NCBI GenBank assembly: GCA_035221665.1
Contig: CM069136.1
Coordinates: 52,390,001 to 52,454,000, forward strand
Length of the DNA: 64,000 nucleotides
Direction: 5' to 3'
Origin: Okamejei kenojei
Lineage: Eukaryota
Below, piece after piece: positions 1-11,724 of the stretch. The notes below the pieces were generated by a model. It did no database searches, was not told the DNA's origin, and worked only from the letters and a program-made list of their open reading frames with translations. Numbering within the stretch: the stretch's first letter is position 1; the number at the start of each line of letters is the position of its first letter. A program made the position numbers and the translations under genes.

Positions 1-1940
1 AATATCTTTTGATCAGTATTTAAAAGGGCTATAGCTCTAAATGATCCTGGTTCATCCAGATCTTTGTTTATTTTAGGTATAAGTGTTATAATAGATTCAT
101 TTAACGTTTCTGGTAATTTCTGCTGTGCATATATATATTCATATAATGATTTCAGACGTGGTACAATCTGATCATAAAATGTTTTATAGAATTCCGAGCC
201 AATGCCATCTGGTCCCGGTGTTTTACCATTTTTTAATGATCTAATAGATTCTTGGATTTCTTTTATTGAAATGTCAGTGTTTAATGATTCTCTATTTTGT
301 GAGTCCAGTCCCTTCAGGTTCCATTTTTTTTTTAAATGCTTCTATTCCTATCTTATTTTCTGTTGTTTTAGCAGTGTATAAGTTTTTATAGTATTGCATA
401 AATCTCTCATTAATATCTTTAGGTTGTATTTAACAGTTCGCCATTATGTGATTAAATCCTATGGATTATTTTTTCTGCCTCCATCTTCCTTAGTTGGCGA
501 GCCAATAATTTTTGAGGTTTATCTCCGAATTCAAACTGTAATTGTTTAGTATGTTGATAAAGTTTTACATAAAGTTGTATATATTTTATTTAATTTATAT
601 TTCAATGCTGCAATTTTATTATGTAATATTATAGATGGATTCGCTGCATTCTCTATATCTAATTGTTTAATCAATCCTCCTTTTCCAGTTCTTGATTGAT
701 CCTTTCGATTCTTTTTTTTATTATAAAATGCTTGGGAGGAAATTCATGATATTCCCCGGAGATATGCTTTAAAAAAATGTTTCCCATAATAAGGAACAAG
801 ATGTTTCCGGTTTATCATTTGTTTCGAAGAAAATCTTAATCTGTTCTGTAATATATCCCTGAGTTATTTTGTTTTTTAAAAATTTGTGGGTTAAATCTCC
901 ACTGTCCCATTTTTCATTTTTCTGTTTTACCATTTATTTTAATCTTAAATGTTAAAGGTGCATGACTGAAATTATAATATTGTGAAATTTAGAATTATAA
1001 GTGAGTGAAATAAGTTTGGCATCGACCAAAAATAATCTATTCTTGAGTAGGTTTATATGTACCGACGAGTAAAAGGAATATTCTCGTCCAGTAGGATTTT
1101 CTACTCTCCAAACATCTTTAATATTAGTAGTTTCCATATATGCATTTAATATGTCACTAGAATGTGATTTGGTTTTCCTTTGTCTTGTAGATCTGTCTAA
1201 GTAAGGATCTAGTGTACAGTTTAAATCTCCTCCAATTATTAGATTATATTGTGTTAATTCCGGGATATTGTTAAATATTTTCTTGAAAACAATGGACTAT
1301 CAAATTTTGGTCCATATACATTAACCATATAACCATATAACCATATAACCATATAACCATATAACAATTACAGCACGGAAACAGGCCCTCTCGGCCCTTC
1401 CAGTCCGTGCCGACCATTTGTTTTCCCCTAGTCCCATCTACCTGCACTCAGACCATACCCCTCCATTCCCTTCACGTCCATATACCTATCCACTTTACTC
1501 TTAAATGTTAAAATCGATCCTGCCTCCACCACTTCTGCTGGAAGCTCATTCCACACAGCCACCACCCTCTGAGTAAAGAAGTTCCCCCTCACGTTACCCC
1601 TAAACTTCTGTCCCTTAATTCTCATGTCATGCCCTCTTGTTTGAATCTTCCCTACCCTCAATGACAAAAATCATTTTTTGTGCATTTAATTCTCCTACCA
1701 CAATAATGTATCTGCCATCGTTATCTGTTAATGTATGTTTAAATAAAATGCCTTTGCGAAATAATATTGCTACGCCTCTTGATTTATGCGTAAAAGAAGA
1801 ATGATACGTTTTGTCTATCCATTTAGCTTTCAACCTATGCTCAGCATCTTTTTTTAAGAGGGTTTCTTGAATAAAAATTACATCAGCTTTAATTGCTTTT
1901 AAATGTGCTAATACTTTACCTCTCTTTATTGGTTTGGTTA
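1..1940 (-). pseudogene. L1 ORF2 remnant (APE endonuclease, linker, start of RT), frameshifted and split by a CR1 insertion
   Basis: ORF-track fragments 952-1137 and 1627-1833; frame rejoins as MIFV|NVYGP across the 1323-1662 insertion. Confidence 0.85.
1323..1662 (-). mobile_element. CR1 LINE 3' fragment with (ATATGGTT)n tail, inserted in L1 ORF2
   Basis: TRGH...FFTQRVVAVWNELP motif of the CR1 ORF2 end; 8-bp tandem tail at 1323-1364. Confidence 0.9.
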
Positions 1941-2155
1941 ATGTGACTTTAATATGTATTAGTTATTTATATTAGTAATATGATTATACTAATTATTAGT
2001 ATTCATGTGAGGTTTTCCGATCCACATCTTTCCTCCAGCTTCCATCAAGCGTTATCCAGTTCTATCCGGTCCTGCGTAGTCTTGTGAAGTCTTACAGAGT
2101 CTTGTAGATTCTTGTAAAGTCCATAAAAGTCAGTATAATCAATGATAGGGCCTCT

Positions 2156-3298
2156 CTAGGTCTTGATCTGCCGGGCAAAGTCCAGTGCTTCCGCAGGATT
2201 CGAGGAAGAAATATTCCTTGTTGTTAAAAAGTAAACTCTTAAAGTAGCTGGATAAGTCAGGCCATATTTCAAATTTTCCACTCCCCTCAGAAGACTTTTA
2301 GACTCATTAAATGCTTTTCGTTTCCTGGAAAACTTCTGCTGGGTAATCTCGGTAGATACTGATCCTGTGTCCTTCAATACCAGGTTTCTGTTTCTCGAAG
2401 TTTTTTCCGCATTATCTCCTCCAAAAACGTAGTCATATTGTACCTTTATAATCATTTGTCTTGGAGGGGCATTTAGTCTTGTCTGAACGAGTCTCCTCAC
2501 TCTATGTGCTCGGGCTAATAAAGGCTTTTGTTCCAGAGATGTCTGAAGAAGGGTCTCGACCCGAAACGTCGCCTATCTCCTTCGCTCCTTAGATGCTGCT
2601 GCACCGCTGAGTTTCTCCAGCTTTTTGTGTACACCCCATAAAACATGTTGCAGTAGGTTTGCAGTAAATTCTCGAGGATCTTCATCTTTCTCTCATCCTT
2701 CGGGAATACACGCGATTTCTTAGGTTTTGTCTTCTCTGGCGACCTTCTAGCTAGCACAGTACATTTCTCGGTTATTTTGGTCAGTAAATCCGTTAGAAAC
2801 GTTCATTTTCTGTAACCAGCTTTGCTGTAGTTCCCAGCACTTATGTCAGCTAGTTCTTCAAGGCTTTTTTATACCAGCCATCTCTTGGTCCAGTACCTTC
2901 TCCACAGATTCAGCCTTTTTCAAAGTCGGTTTTGACCTTTTCGATCTTATCATTCATCTGCTTTGACATTTCACTCATCATTTCTGTGATTTCTTTCTTC
3001 AGATCTTCCGATATTTTCTTAGCCTTGTTATTAATATTGGAATTACTTTTCCAGTTGTAATCTTTCATTTGAGTATTCATCTGGTTTTTTCCTCCTTTAA
3101 ACCAGCAATTTCACGTGAAATAAAAGTTTTAAGTTCTTCACTTTCAGTTTTTTTTTTTTCACTGTTCGTATATTTTTCGATACATCTTCCTGGGATGAGG
3201 TCCTACCTGAGTCCGAGGCTTCAGTCAGGCCTACTGCTGGTCTCTGCCCTGGTTGATCGAATTTTCGATTTTTCGGGTGGGCTGCGTGTTGTAGACAT
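2156..3298 (-). pseudogene. L1 ORF1 remnant (coiled-coil/RRM/CTD type)
   Basis: ORF 2156-2500 resembles the ORF1 C-terminus; candidate ATG at 3298; interrupted by stops, frameshifts and a short insertion at about 2540-2632. Confidence 0.75.
2540..2632 (+). repeat. Solo Penelope terminal-repeat unit with hammerhead-like core
   Basis: GTCTGAAGAAGGGTCTCGACCCGAAACGTCGCCTATCTCC, nearly identical to the 3' end of the Penelope copy at 38501-38590. Confidence 0.85.
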
Positions 3299-3608
3299 AA
3301 CTAGTCGCGCGCTTGATGACGTCACTCACAACAATCGGTGCAGAGACGGCAGGCGGCAGGCAGCAGGCAGCAGGCAGCAGGTAGGTCCATTAATCCCCCG
3401 TTTTTTCCCGTTTTTTTCGCGGAGCTGGCTGGCGTTATCCTCTAGCCCTCCATAGCGCCACCGGAAGTCAAGTTGTTTTGTGTATGTATGGAGTGAGTAG
3501 GCAGTGGATGGAAGCTTCATTCAGAAAGGACAACCGATTCTAATCAAAGGTTGTTAAATTAGGAAAAGATTACTTTGAAATTTTGAAAATAATTATTTCC
3601 TCTTTTTT

Positions 3609-3833
3609 GTAGGAAGGAGCTGCAGATGCTGGTTTATACCAAAGACAGACACAAAATGTTGGAGTAACTCAGCGGGTCTGGCAGAAACTCTGGAGAAAAG
3701 GAATAGGCGATGTTTCGAGTCGGAACCCTTCCTCAGACTCAAAAGACCCTATCTGAGGAATGGTTGCATCCTGAAATGTCACCTATTCCTTTTATTCAGA
3801 GATGCTGAGTTACTCCAGCATTTTGTGTCTATC
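3609..3833. repeat. Head-to-head inverted dimer of the Penelope terminal-repeat unit
   Basis: Minus copy followed by plus copy; degenerate flanking duplication TATTT(A)CCTCTTTT. Confidence 0.75.
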
Positions 3834-4501
3834 TATTTACCTCTTTTGTATAGTTCTTCTTTTTCCAGTTTACCTGACCTATCTGCATTCCTCGCTCTCC
3901 ATGTTAATCAAGCTCAAGGCATTATAATTGTTCCTTTTCACGTTGCTAAAGTACAATTGGGAGAATTTGATGGTTGTTCTTTTCTATGATTTGAAATTTA
4001 AATCAAATACAGAAATAGAGAAGAGCAATTGAATTAGACCAATGGATCAGACCAATTACGTTAGTGCACATGTATATTCAAGTGAGCTAGATTGACAATT
4101 AAAGTCACTTCAGAGCGCCACTCGAATGAAACCTTTTATTTTATGGACTCTGATCATTTTAATCGCTTGTCTGAAGGCACAAATGCTAAACTGTATTAGC
4201 AGCTTGGTTTTTGTTCATATTACTATCAAACAAATAGAAGTCAATAACAGTTTCCTTTAATTAAAATGCAGGGAATTATTCCTTGTGGTTTCATGCGCTT
4301 GACAGCAATATCTGCCTGTAATCACTTTTAGTCTTTATCAATCCAAGAGACTGAATAGCATTGTTGGCCTGTATCCAAAAAGCACCTCAAACATCAATTG
4401 CGTTACAAATTAAATTACATTTTAATTATTAGGACATGGCTAATCGAACACACAATACCATCCAACTCATAATTTGCCTTGTTTGTTTATTGGCCACTCT
4501 T

Positions 4502-5542
4502 AGAAACATAGACATAGAAACATAGAAATATAGGTGCAGGAGTAGGGCATTCGGCCCTTCGAGCCTGCACCGTCATTCAATATGATCATGGCTGATCATC
4601 CAACTCAGTATCCCTTACCTGCCTTCTCTCCATACCTCCTGATCCCTTTAGCCACAAGGGCCACATCTAACTCCCTCTTAAATATAGCCAATGAACTGGC
4701 CTCAACTACCTTCTGTGGCAGAGAATTCCAGAGATTGTTTTCTCATCTCGGTTCTAAAAGATTTCCCCCTTATCCTTAAACTGTGACCCCTTGTCCTGGA
4801 CTTCCCCAACATCGGGAACAATCTTCCTGCATCTAGCCTGTCCAAACCCCTTAAGAATTTTGTAAGTTTCTATAAGATCCCCCCTCAATCTTCTAAATTC
4901 TAGTGAATACAAGCCGAGTCGATCCAGTCTTTCTTCATATGAAAGTCCTGACATCCCAGGAATCAGTCTGGTGAACCTTCTCTGTACTCCCTCTATGGCA
5001 AGAATGTCTTTCCTCAGATTTGGAGACCAAAACTGTACGCAATACTCCAGGTGTGGTCTCACCAAGACCCCGTACAACTGCAGTAGAACCTCCCTGCTGC
5101 TATACTCAAATCCTTTCGCTATGAATGCTAACATACCATTCGCTTTCTTCACTGCCTGCTGCACCTGCTGTACCATGACACCCAGGTCTCATTGCATCTC
5201 CCCTTTTCCTAATCGGCCACCATTCAGATAATAGTTTACCTTCCTGTTTTTACCACCAAAGTGGATAACCTCACATTTATCCACATTATACTGCATCTGC
5301 CATGCATTTGCCCACTCACTCAACCTATCCAAGTCACCTTGCAGCCTCCTAGCATCCTCCTCACAGCTAACACTGCCCCCCAGCTTCGTGTCATCCGCAA
5401 ACTTGGAGATGTTGCATTCAATTCCCTTGTCCAAATCATTAATATATATTGTAAATAGCTGGGGTCCCAGCACTGAGCCTTGAGGTACCCCACTAGTCAC
5501 TGCCTACCATTCTGAAAAGGACCCGTTTACTCCTACTCTTTG
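4502..5542 (-). mobile_element. CR1 LINE, 5'-truncated (RT C-terminal half plus 3' tail)
   Basis: SGVPQGSVLGPQLFTIYINDLD, KFADDTKL, LVRPHLEYCVQFWSP; (TATGTTTC)n-like tail at 4502-4532. Confidence 0.93.
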
Positions 5543-5620
5543 ATCAGTCAAAATCCCTTCGTCTTTAAATAGTTCTAAATCAAATTAACGTAAAGTATGC
5601 AATCTCAATATATTTATTTG

Positions 5621-5823
5621 TGTAGGAAGGAACTGCAAATGCTGGTTTAAATCGAAGATAGACAGAAAATGCTGGAGTAACTCAGCGGGACAGGCAGCAT
5701 CTCTGGAGAGCAAGAATGGGTGACGCAGTCTGAAGAAGGGTCTTGACCCGAAACATCACCCATTCCTTCTCTCCAGAGATGCTGCCTATCCAGCGGAATT
5801 ACCCCTGCATTTTGTGTCTATGT
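5621..5823. repeat. Inverted dimer of the Penelope terminal-repeat unit with 16-bp TSD
   Basis: TCAATATATTTATTTG at 5605-5620 and 5824-5839; complementary arms around the CTGAAGA...GAAAC core. Confidence 0.88.
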
Positions 5824-6009
5824 TCAATATATTTATTTGCCTGTTTTTTTTTTTCAGATATCATCTTTCAATCTCCCCACTCCTCATCTTAGCATGGTCT
5901 TGATTCTGTGAACATTCATGCTCCTATTCTCTGAAAATCTGGTCAGTTTAACAACTTGTGGTTGGCCTCCATTCACTCCTTACTCACTCCCTGCACACTC
6001 AGTGCAGTT

Positions 6010-6690
6010 AAAAGAGACCAGTTAACCTACAAACCTACACATCTTTGGAATATGGGAGGAAATGAGCACCCCGAGGAAACCCACTTGTTCGCAGGGAGAA
6101 TGTACAAATGTTAATAAGGTTGACAGAAAATGTATTGATAAACAACATTCTTATTTGTCTGCACATGATTCTCATCCCCCCATTCCCTGAATATCCATGT
6201 ACCTATCTAAAAGGCCCTTAAATGCCATTATTGTATCTGCCCTCACCACCACCCCGGCAGTGCGTTTTAGACTTGATGTGCTGAAGGGCATATTTCTGTA
6301 CTTTATGACTCTATGACCACCATGAACCTTTGCTGCATATTTTGAAATATCCCCTTATCAAACAAAATGGATTGGGACACATTAGGCTAAGGTTTATTAC
6401 TGTCATGTATACTGCAGTACAGAAAAAATCTTTGTTTTGCATGCTGTCCAAACAAATCAGATAATACTATACATGGATACTAGTCAAGCCAAACTCAAGT
6501 GCAATGGGTAGAAGAAAATAAAAGATAGAGTACAGAATATAATTTTCTGCATTGTAAAGTAACAGTTCCAGAAAACAGTTCTAGAAGTGATTATGGAATG
6601 AAGTAATTGTGGCCTAGATAATGGAAGCACTGTTCAGAAGCCTGATAACAGAGGGGAAGAAGCAGTTCCTGTGTCTGGTGGTCTGTGCTT
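6010..6690. repeat. Cluster of degraded V-SINE, CR1 3'UTR and Rex1-like 3' fragments
   Basis: Similarity to better-preserved copies elsewhere in the window (27985, 50090, 60750). Confidence 0.55.
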
Positions 6691-7657
6691 CTTTTGGTAT
6701 GGGGAGGTACTTTATTTGTCGCATGTACCGAGGTACTACTAAATTAAACTTTATATACAGTTCAGTACGTATCACCTTGCATAAGCAGTTAGATACATAT
6801 TAGATAAGCATCTCAGATACAGTTCAAATGTTTTGCAGTAGTACAGTATACAGCAGGGCTGCCAACATTGGGTGGGTGAGAGTTGGTGAGTGATGCTAGT
6901 TTGTGGAGACCAAGCCATCCGAGGAGCGTAGCGACCGGGTTGTGTGTGTATTGTGTGGTGAGGGGTGGATGGTGGTGGGGGGGGTGGTGGGGGGGTGGGG
7001 GGTTGGGGGGGGATTGAGGGAGGGTGAGAGTCCCCCCTCCCATTGGTGCAAGAGCCTTAGGCATTTTTCAGCATTGAAATTTGTGCAACGTTGGTGCATA
7101 ATGTAGCTTTAACTTAGACACTTGAATGCAGCCTGCTTATGCTTATCAAATTGGATTAGCTTTGGAATAAGGTTAGACTAAATATACATTCGCTAACTAC
7201 CATTTCACAGGCAGAGCCCGAGGCTCTGATCAGCGGTGCAGCACAAGATTCATGGATCTTAGTGTTTCTATGTATGGGAATCAGGTTACAAATGTCAAAC
7301 ACTATGGACTATGTTGACCGACCTGGGTCTCACTGCACACACTGGTACTATTCCTAACGACTGACTCCGTTGCATACGCTTTCTTGCTCATTCCTGTCCC
7401 TGAGTCCAGCATTAACATCTGGGCCCCCTTTACTACCTGAATCATAGCTGCTTACTTCTTAGGTTCCCAGTGCTGAACATCCATTGTCTCAGCTTGGGGA
7501 ACTGCTGCACACACCTGTAGTATGATTCCACAGACGTTGACTCTGGATGCACACTTGCCTTTGCTCACTAGCCCCTGCTTGCACTGACATATATCTGGCC
7601 CACACATAAAGCCCCATATCTGACCCGCGTGGGACTGAAACCTATTATGTTAAGTCA

Positions 7658-7892
7658 CAGACAATAGACAATTGGTTGCAGGAGTAGGCTCCATTTGGCC
7701 CTTCGAGAGCCAGCACCGCCATTCAACGTGATACATGGCTGATCATTCCCAATCAGTACCGCCGTTCCTGCCTTCTCCCCAATATCCCACTGTAGTACTA
7801 GATTAAGATCCGCGTGAGTCTCTATTTGAAAGCATCAGAAGAGATCTGCCTTCCACCTCCACCCTCTGCAGGCAAAGAGAGAATTCCACAGG
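7658..7892 (-). mobile_element. CR1 3'UTR fragment (indel-rich)
   Basis: Matches 4530-4730 with many 1-2 bp insertions. Confidence 0.75.
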
Positions 7893-9646
7893 CTGTAGAA
7901 GTCTAATGCCGTAATCTTCGCTATAGGGCGGCCACTTTCACAGAACCAATTGTAGTTTGTATAACAAAGATTTGCTACTATCCATGTGGCTATTCCTTGG
8001 TTATTAATATTGCTTGTGTTTACTGGTCAAAGATGTTATCATTTGGCGAAGAGACACAATTTCTCATTCCATGAGAGAAATTATACTCACTCAGCTGTTA
8101 TATGTATTCTTGTAGCAATTTATTTCATTTTCCCTAATCAAATCGTCATCTGATGTCATATTCCACCCCCATATTTCGATCAGTTATTTTTTGCATGTCT
8201 TCCTCTCTCACGCTGGGACCTTTTCCGAGATGCAAAGTCCTTTAAATAACTTATATATTTTAAGCAATATTATGTTCAAGTAAGATGTGTCTTGGGAGTA
8301 CACGAATTTCTATGTGGTATGCATAACACAAACAATGATGAATCTACGATGACTTTGTTTTGATTCGCACCTACCAACATGCATACCATCTATTATGAAT
8401 TGACAGTTAATTGGTAGCGAGAGGAAATTTATGTGTTCACTATGCTTCCCATTCCCAATGACTTTTACATTGAAGTGATTGAAATCAAGTGATGCTTAAA
8501 TGGCATCATAAAAGTAAAACCTCCGGAATGGATACTATTCATTACGTGGTTAGTTGGGGACAGTATCGGCACATTAGCTATATTATACTTTGAATTTCAG
8601 ATGCTCTGGTTCAAGCTGAAAAGTTGTAGAAAATAATAATCTCTGCCCTCTTCCACATTCCCCTGCACGTCTCGCTCTGTCAACTCCTTGAAAATCTGCC
8701 CATCGCCTTTGAACAGAGCTTCTTTACTCTCATATCGCAGTGCTGAATCAGTTTCCGGATTTACACTCTTGAGGAGATTTTCATCTACTAGTGTTCAATA
8801 AATAAAACAACGAGAATTGGGGACCATTTCTATTCATCTACGTGTCAAAGGAATTAGGTGGGGGGGGGGGGCGTTGAAATTGTCACAGTCGAGGTGAACA
8901 AGACATAATTGTTGAGTGGCCACAATTGACAAGTAGGCTACCTTCCCAATATTGTATGGCTGAAGGAAAATAATGGGTTTCAGGACTGTGTGTGGTGTAG
9001 AAAGCGGCTAGACTTTGCATGTGATATTTAAATATTACACTTATCCTTCCCCTGAGAATATTCCGGATTAATAAAATTAAGGTTTTGTCAACTTATTACT
9101 AATTCAGAGCTAATTACAAATCAATAACTTTAGAGCCAAACTGATAGAAACTCATGAAGGAGCTGAGCATTGGGATCCCACGATATCACGGATCAACTGG
9201 GCCTCAGTTCCGCCGCTCACATTAGTGGCAGTTAGGATTCTACCGTCGTGTACCAGGTTGCCACAGAGCGTTTTTGAAATAGTGGGAGGGATTCTGAGCG
9301 ATCAGGATCACTCTATCTTGGGAGGGTACCAGTGAGGGAGTGGTGCACAAAGCAACTGAGTGGGGGTGCGAGTGTGGAAGAGGGGGTTTCCCCCTCCAAG
9401 GGTAGGGACTTTTTGAAAACTTTAATGTACTAAATTAATAGTGTTAGTGCATTGTATGTAGTTAGATTTCAATGTTTTGTTTGTATGAAGGATTTTTCAG
9501 AGGTAGATTTTGTTTAGGGGTAACTAGTTTTCCATTAATCCAATGTGGGGTGTGTGGGTGTATGGAACAAGCTGCAGGAGGAGGTAGTTGAGGATTAGGG
9601 ACTATCCCAATATTTGTAGAGAAACAGTAAATACTGCTCTCTAATG

Positions 9647-10146
9647 NNNNNNNNNNNNNNNNNNNNNNNNNNNNNNNNNNNNNNNNNNNNNNNNNNNNNN
9701 NNNNNNNNNNNNNNNNNNNNNNNNNNNNNNNNNNNNNNNNNNNNNNNNNNNNNNNNNNNNNNNNNNNNNNNNNNNNNNNNNNNNNNNNNNNNNNNNNNNN
9801 NNNNNNNNNNNNNNNNNNNNNNNNNNNNNNNNNNNNNNNNNNNNNNNNNNNNNNNNNNNNNNNNNNNNNNNNNNNNNNNNNNNNNNNNNNNNNNNNNNNN
9901 NNNNNNNNNNNNNNNNNNNNNNNNNNNNNNNNNNNNNNNNNNNNNNNNNNNNNNNNNNNNNNNNNNNNNNNNNNNNNNNNNNNNNNNNNNNNNNNNNNNN
10001 NNNNNNNNNNNNNNNNNNNNNNNNNNNNNNNNNNNNNNNNNNNNNNNNNNNNNNNNNNNNNNNNNNNNNNNNNNNNNNNNNNNNNNNNNNNNNNNNNNNN
10101 NNNNNNNNNNNNNNNNNNNNNNNNNNNNNNNNNNNNNNNNNNNNNN
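9647..10146. other. Assembly gap (500 N)
   Basis: Run of N. Confidence 1.
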
Positions 10147-10179
10147 GGGGTTTTGGGTTGTTGGTTTTGTTGTTGGTTT

Positions 10180-11610
10180 GCGCCATGGGCCCAAGCTACC
10201 TTGCCTTCTTTGTTGGGTACGCAACAATCCTTCTTCTCGGCGAACCAGGAGGCCCCATCCTCCGACATCTACCTCCGTTACATCGACTACTGCTTTGTGT
10301 CACCTCCTGCACCCACACACAACGACTGACTCATTCAATTCACCATCAACGACCATCCGGCACTCAAATACCTTGGACCTGTTCCGACATTTCCCCTAAC
10401 ATCCTTGACCTCACCATCTCTATTGCAGGGTACACTCTAAACGATCATCCACTACTAAACCCCACAGACTCCCTCAGCTACCTGGACTACTCTTCCTCCC
10501 ACCCTGCTTCCTGAAGGACTTCCATCCCCTATTCCCAATTCTTCGTCTACGCCGCATGTGCTCCCAGATGAGGTGTTCCACACCAGCATACACAAATGGC
10601 CCCACATTACATCAGAGAACGGATTCCCCTCCCCCACTATTGATGAGCTCGCACCAGGGTCTACCTCCATACCCGCAACACTGCCCTCTCTCCCCATTCC
10701 CCCACTCGCAAACAGGGCAGAGTCCCCCTGTCCTTACCTTTCACCCCACCAGCCAGCAATACAACCAGATAGACATCCGCCAGTTTCGCCACCTCCAACG
10801 TGCCCCCCTCCACCCCGCCACATTTCCATCACCCCCCCCTGTCTGCCTCCGCAAAGACCGCTTCCCACCGCAACTCCCTTGTCATTCTTCCCTCCCCACC
10901 CCTCTTAACATACTACCCCCTTCCCCCGGGCACTTTCCCTAGCATCCGCAAGAAATGCAACACTTGCCCCTTCACTCACCCCCCCTCCACACCTTTCAGG
11001 GACCCAAGCAGTCCTTCCAGGTTCCGACAGAGGTTCAACTGCACCGTCTCCCACCTCATATACTACTGCATCCGCTGCTCCAGATGCCAGATGATCTATA
11101 GCGGTGAGACCGAAGGCGGCGGAGGCATGGCGATCGTTTCCCGCCGAACACCTCCGCTCGTCCGCAAAAACACAACCCGACTCCCATTCCGTATCCAACC
11201 TCTTGGTCCGGGGACCTCCACCATGGCCAGAGTGAGCAAACCCGCCAAGTTGAGGAACAGCACCTCATATTTCCGCTGGGGAGTCAGCATCCTTTGGCTT
11301 TGAACATTGAATTTTCTCAATCCTGTAGCCCTTGCATCTCCCTCCCTCCCCTTCCCACCTCTCCTTAGCCCCGGGCCCTGGCATTCCCTCTACTCTCTAC
11401 TCCCTCCCCCACCCCTAGTCCACCAGATTCTCATTTTCACACCACAAACCAGCCTTACAATGGCTTGTTCCCTTTATCATCGATACTTTTTTGCTATCTT
11501 TCATTCATTGTTCTTTAACTCTCCACCATCTTAGTCTAATCACTCGTTTCCTTCCTGATCCCTGACCATCTGAAGAAGGGTCTCGACCCGAAACGTGTCG
11601 CCCTATCTCG
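10180..11610 (+). mobile_element. Penelope-like element (RT C-terminus, GIY-YIG, terminal repeat), heavily frameshifted
   Basis: Colinear with 37190-38540; CIRCSRCQMIYSGET; ends with CTGAAGAAGGGTCTCGACCCGAAAC. Confidence 0.88.
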
Positions 11611-11724
11611 TCGCCAGCCCGGCAAACACTCACCACCCCGGCTCTCGGCAACTATCCCGCCGCTGCTTCAGCCCCGGTCTCTCAACACCCGCAGCCCATG
11701 CAGATTATATGAGTTTTGACATTT

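Larger units (their letters stand above)
1..3469 (-). mobile_element. L1-clade LINE, 5' half (5'UTR, ORF1, APE endonuclease and start of ORF2), degenerate; runs off the left edge
   Basis: Minus-strand peptides YHSSFTHKSRGVAILF, IFVNVYGP, DVWRVENPTGREYSFYS and NGKTPGPDG are typical of L1 ORF2; ORF1-like RAHRV...KYGLTYPATLRV; GC-rich 5' end starting GACTTCCGGTGGCGCTATGG. Confidence 0.9.

Noticed and set aside
9462-10399. Long ORFs in the ORF track
   Set aside because: Artefacts of translating through the N gap.
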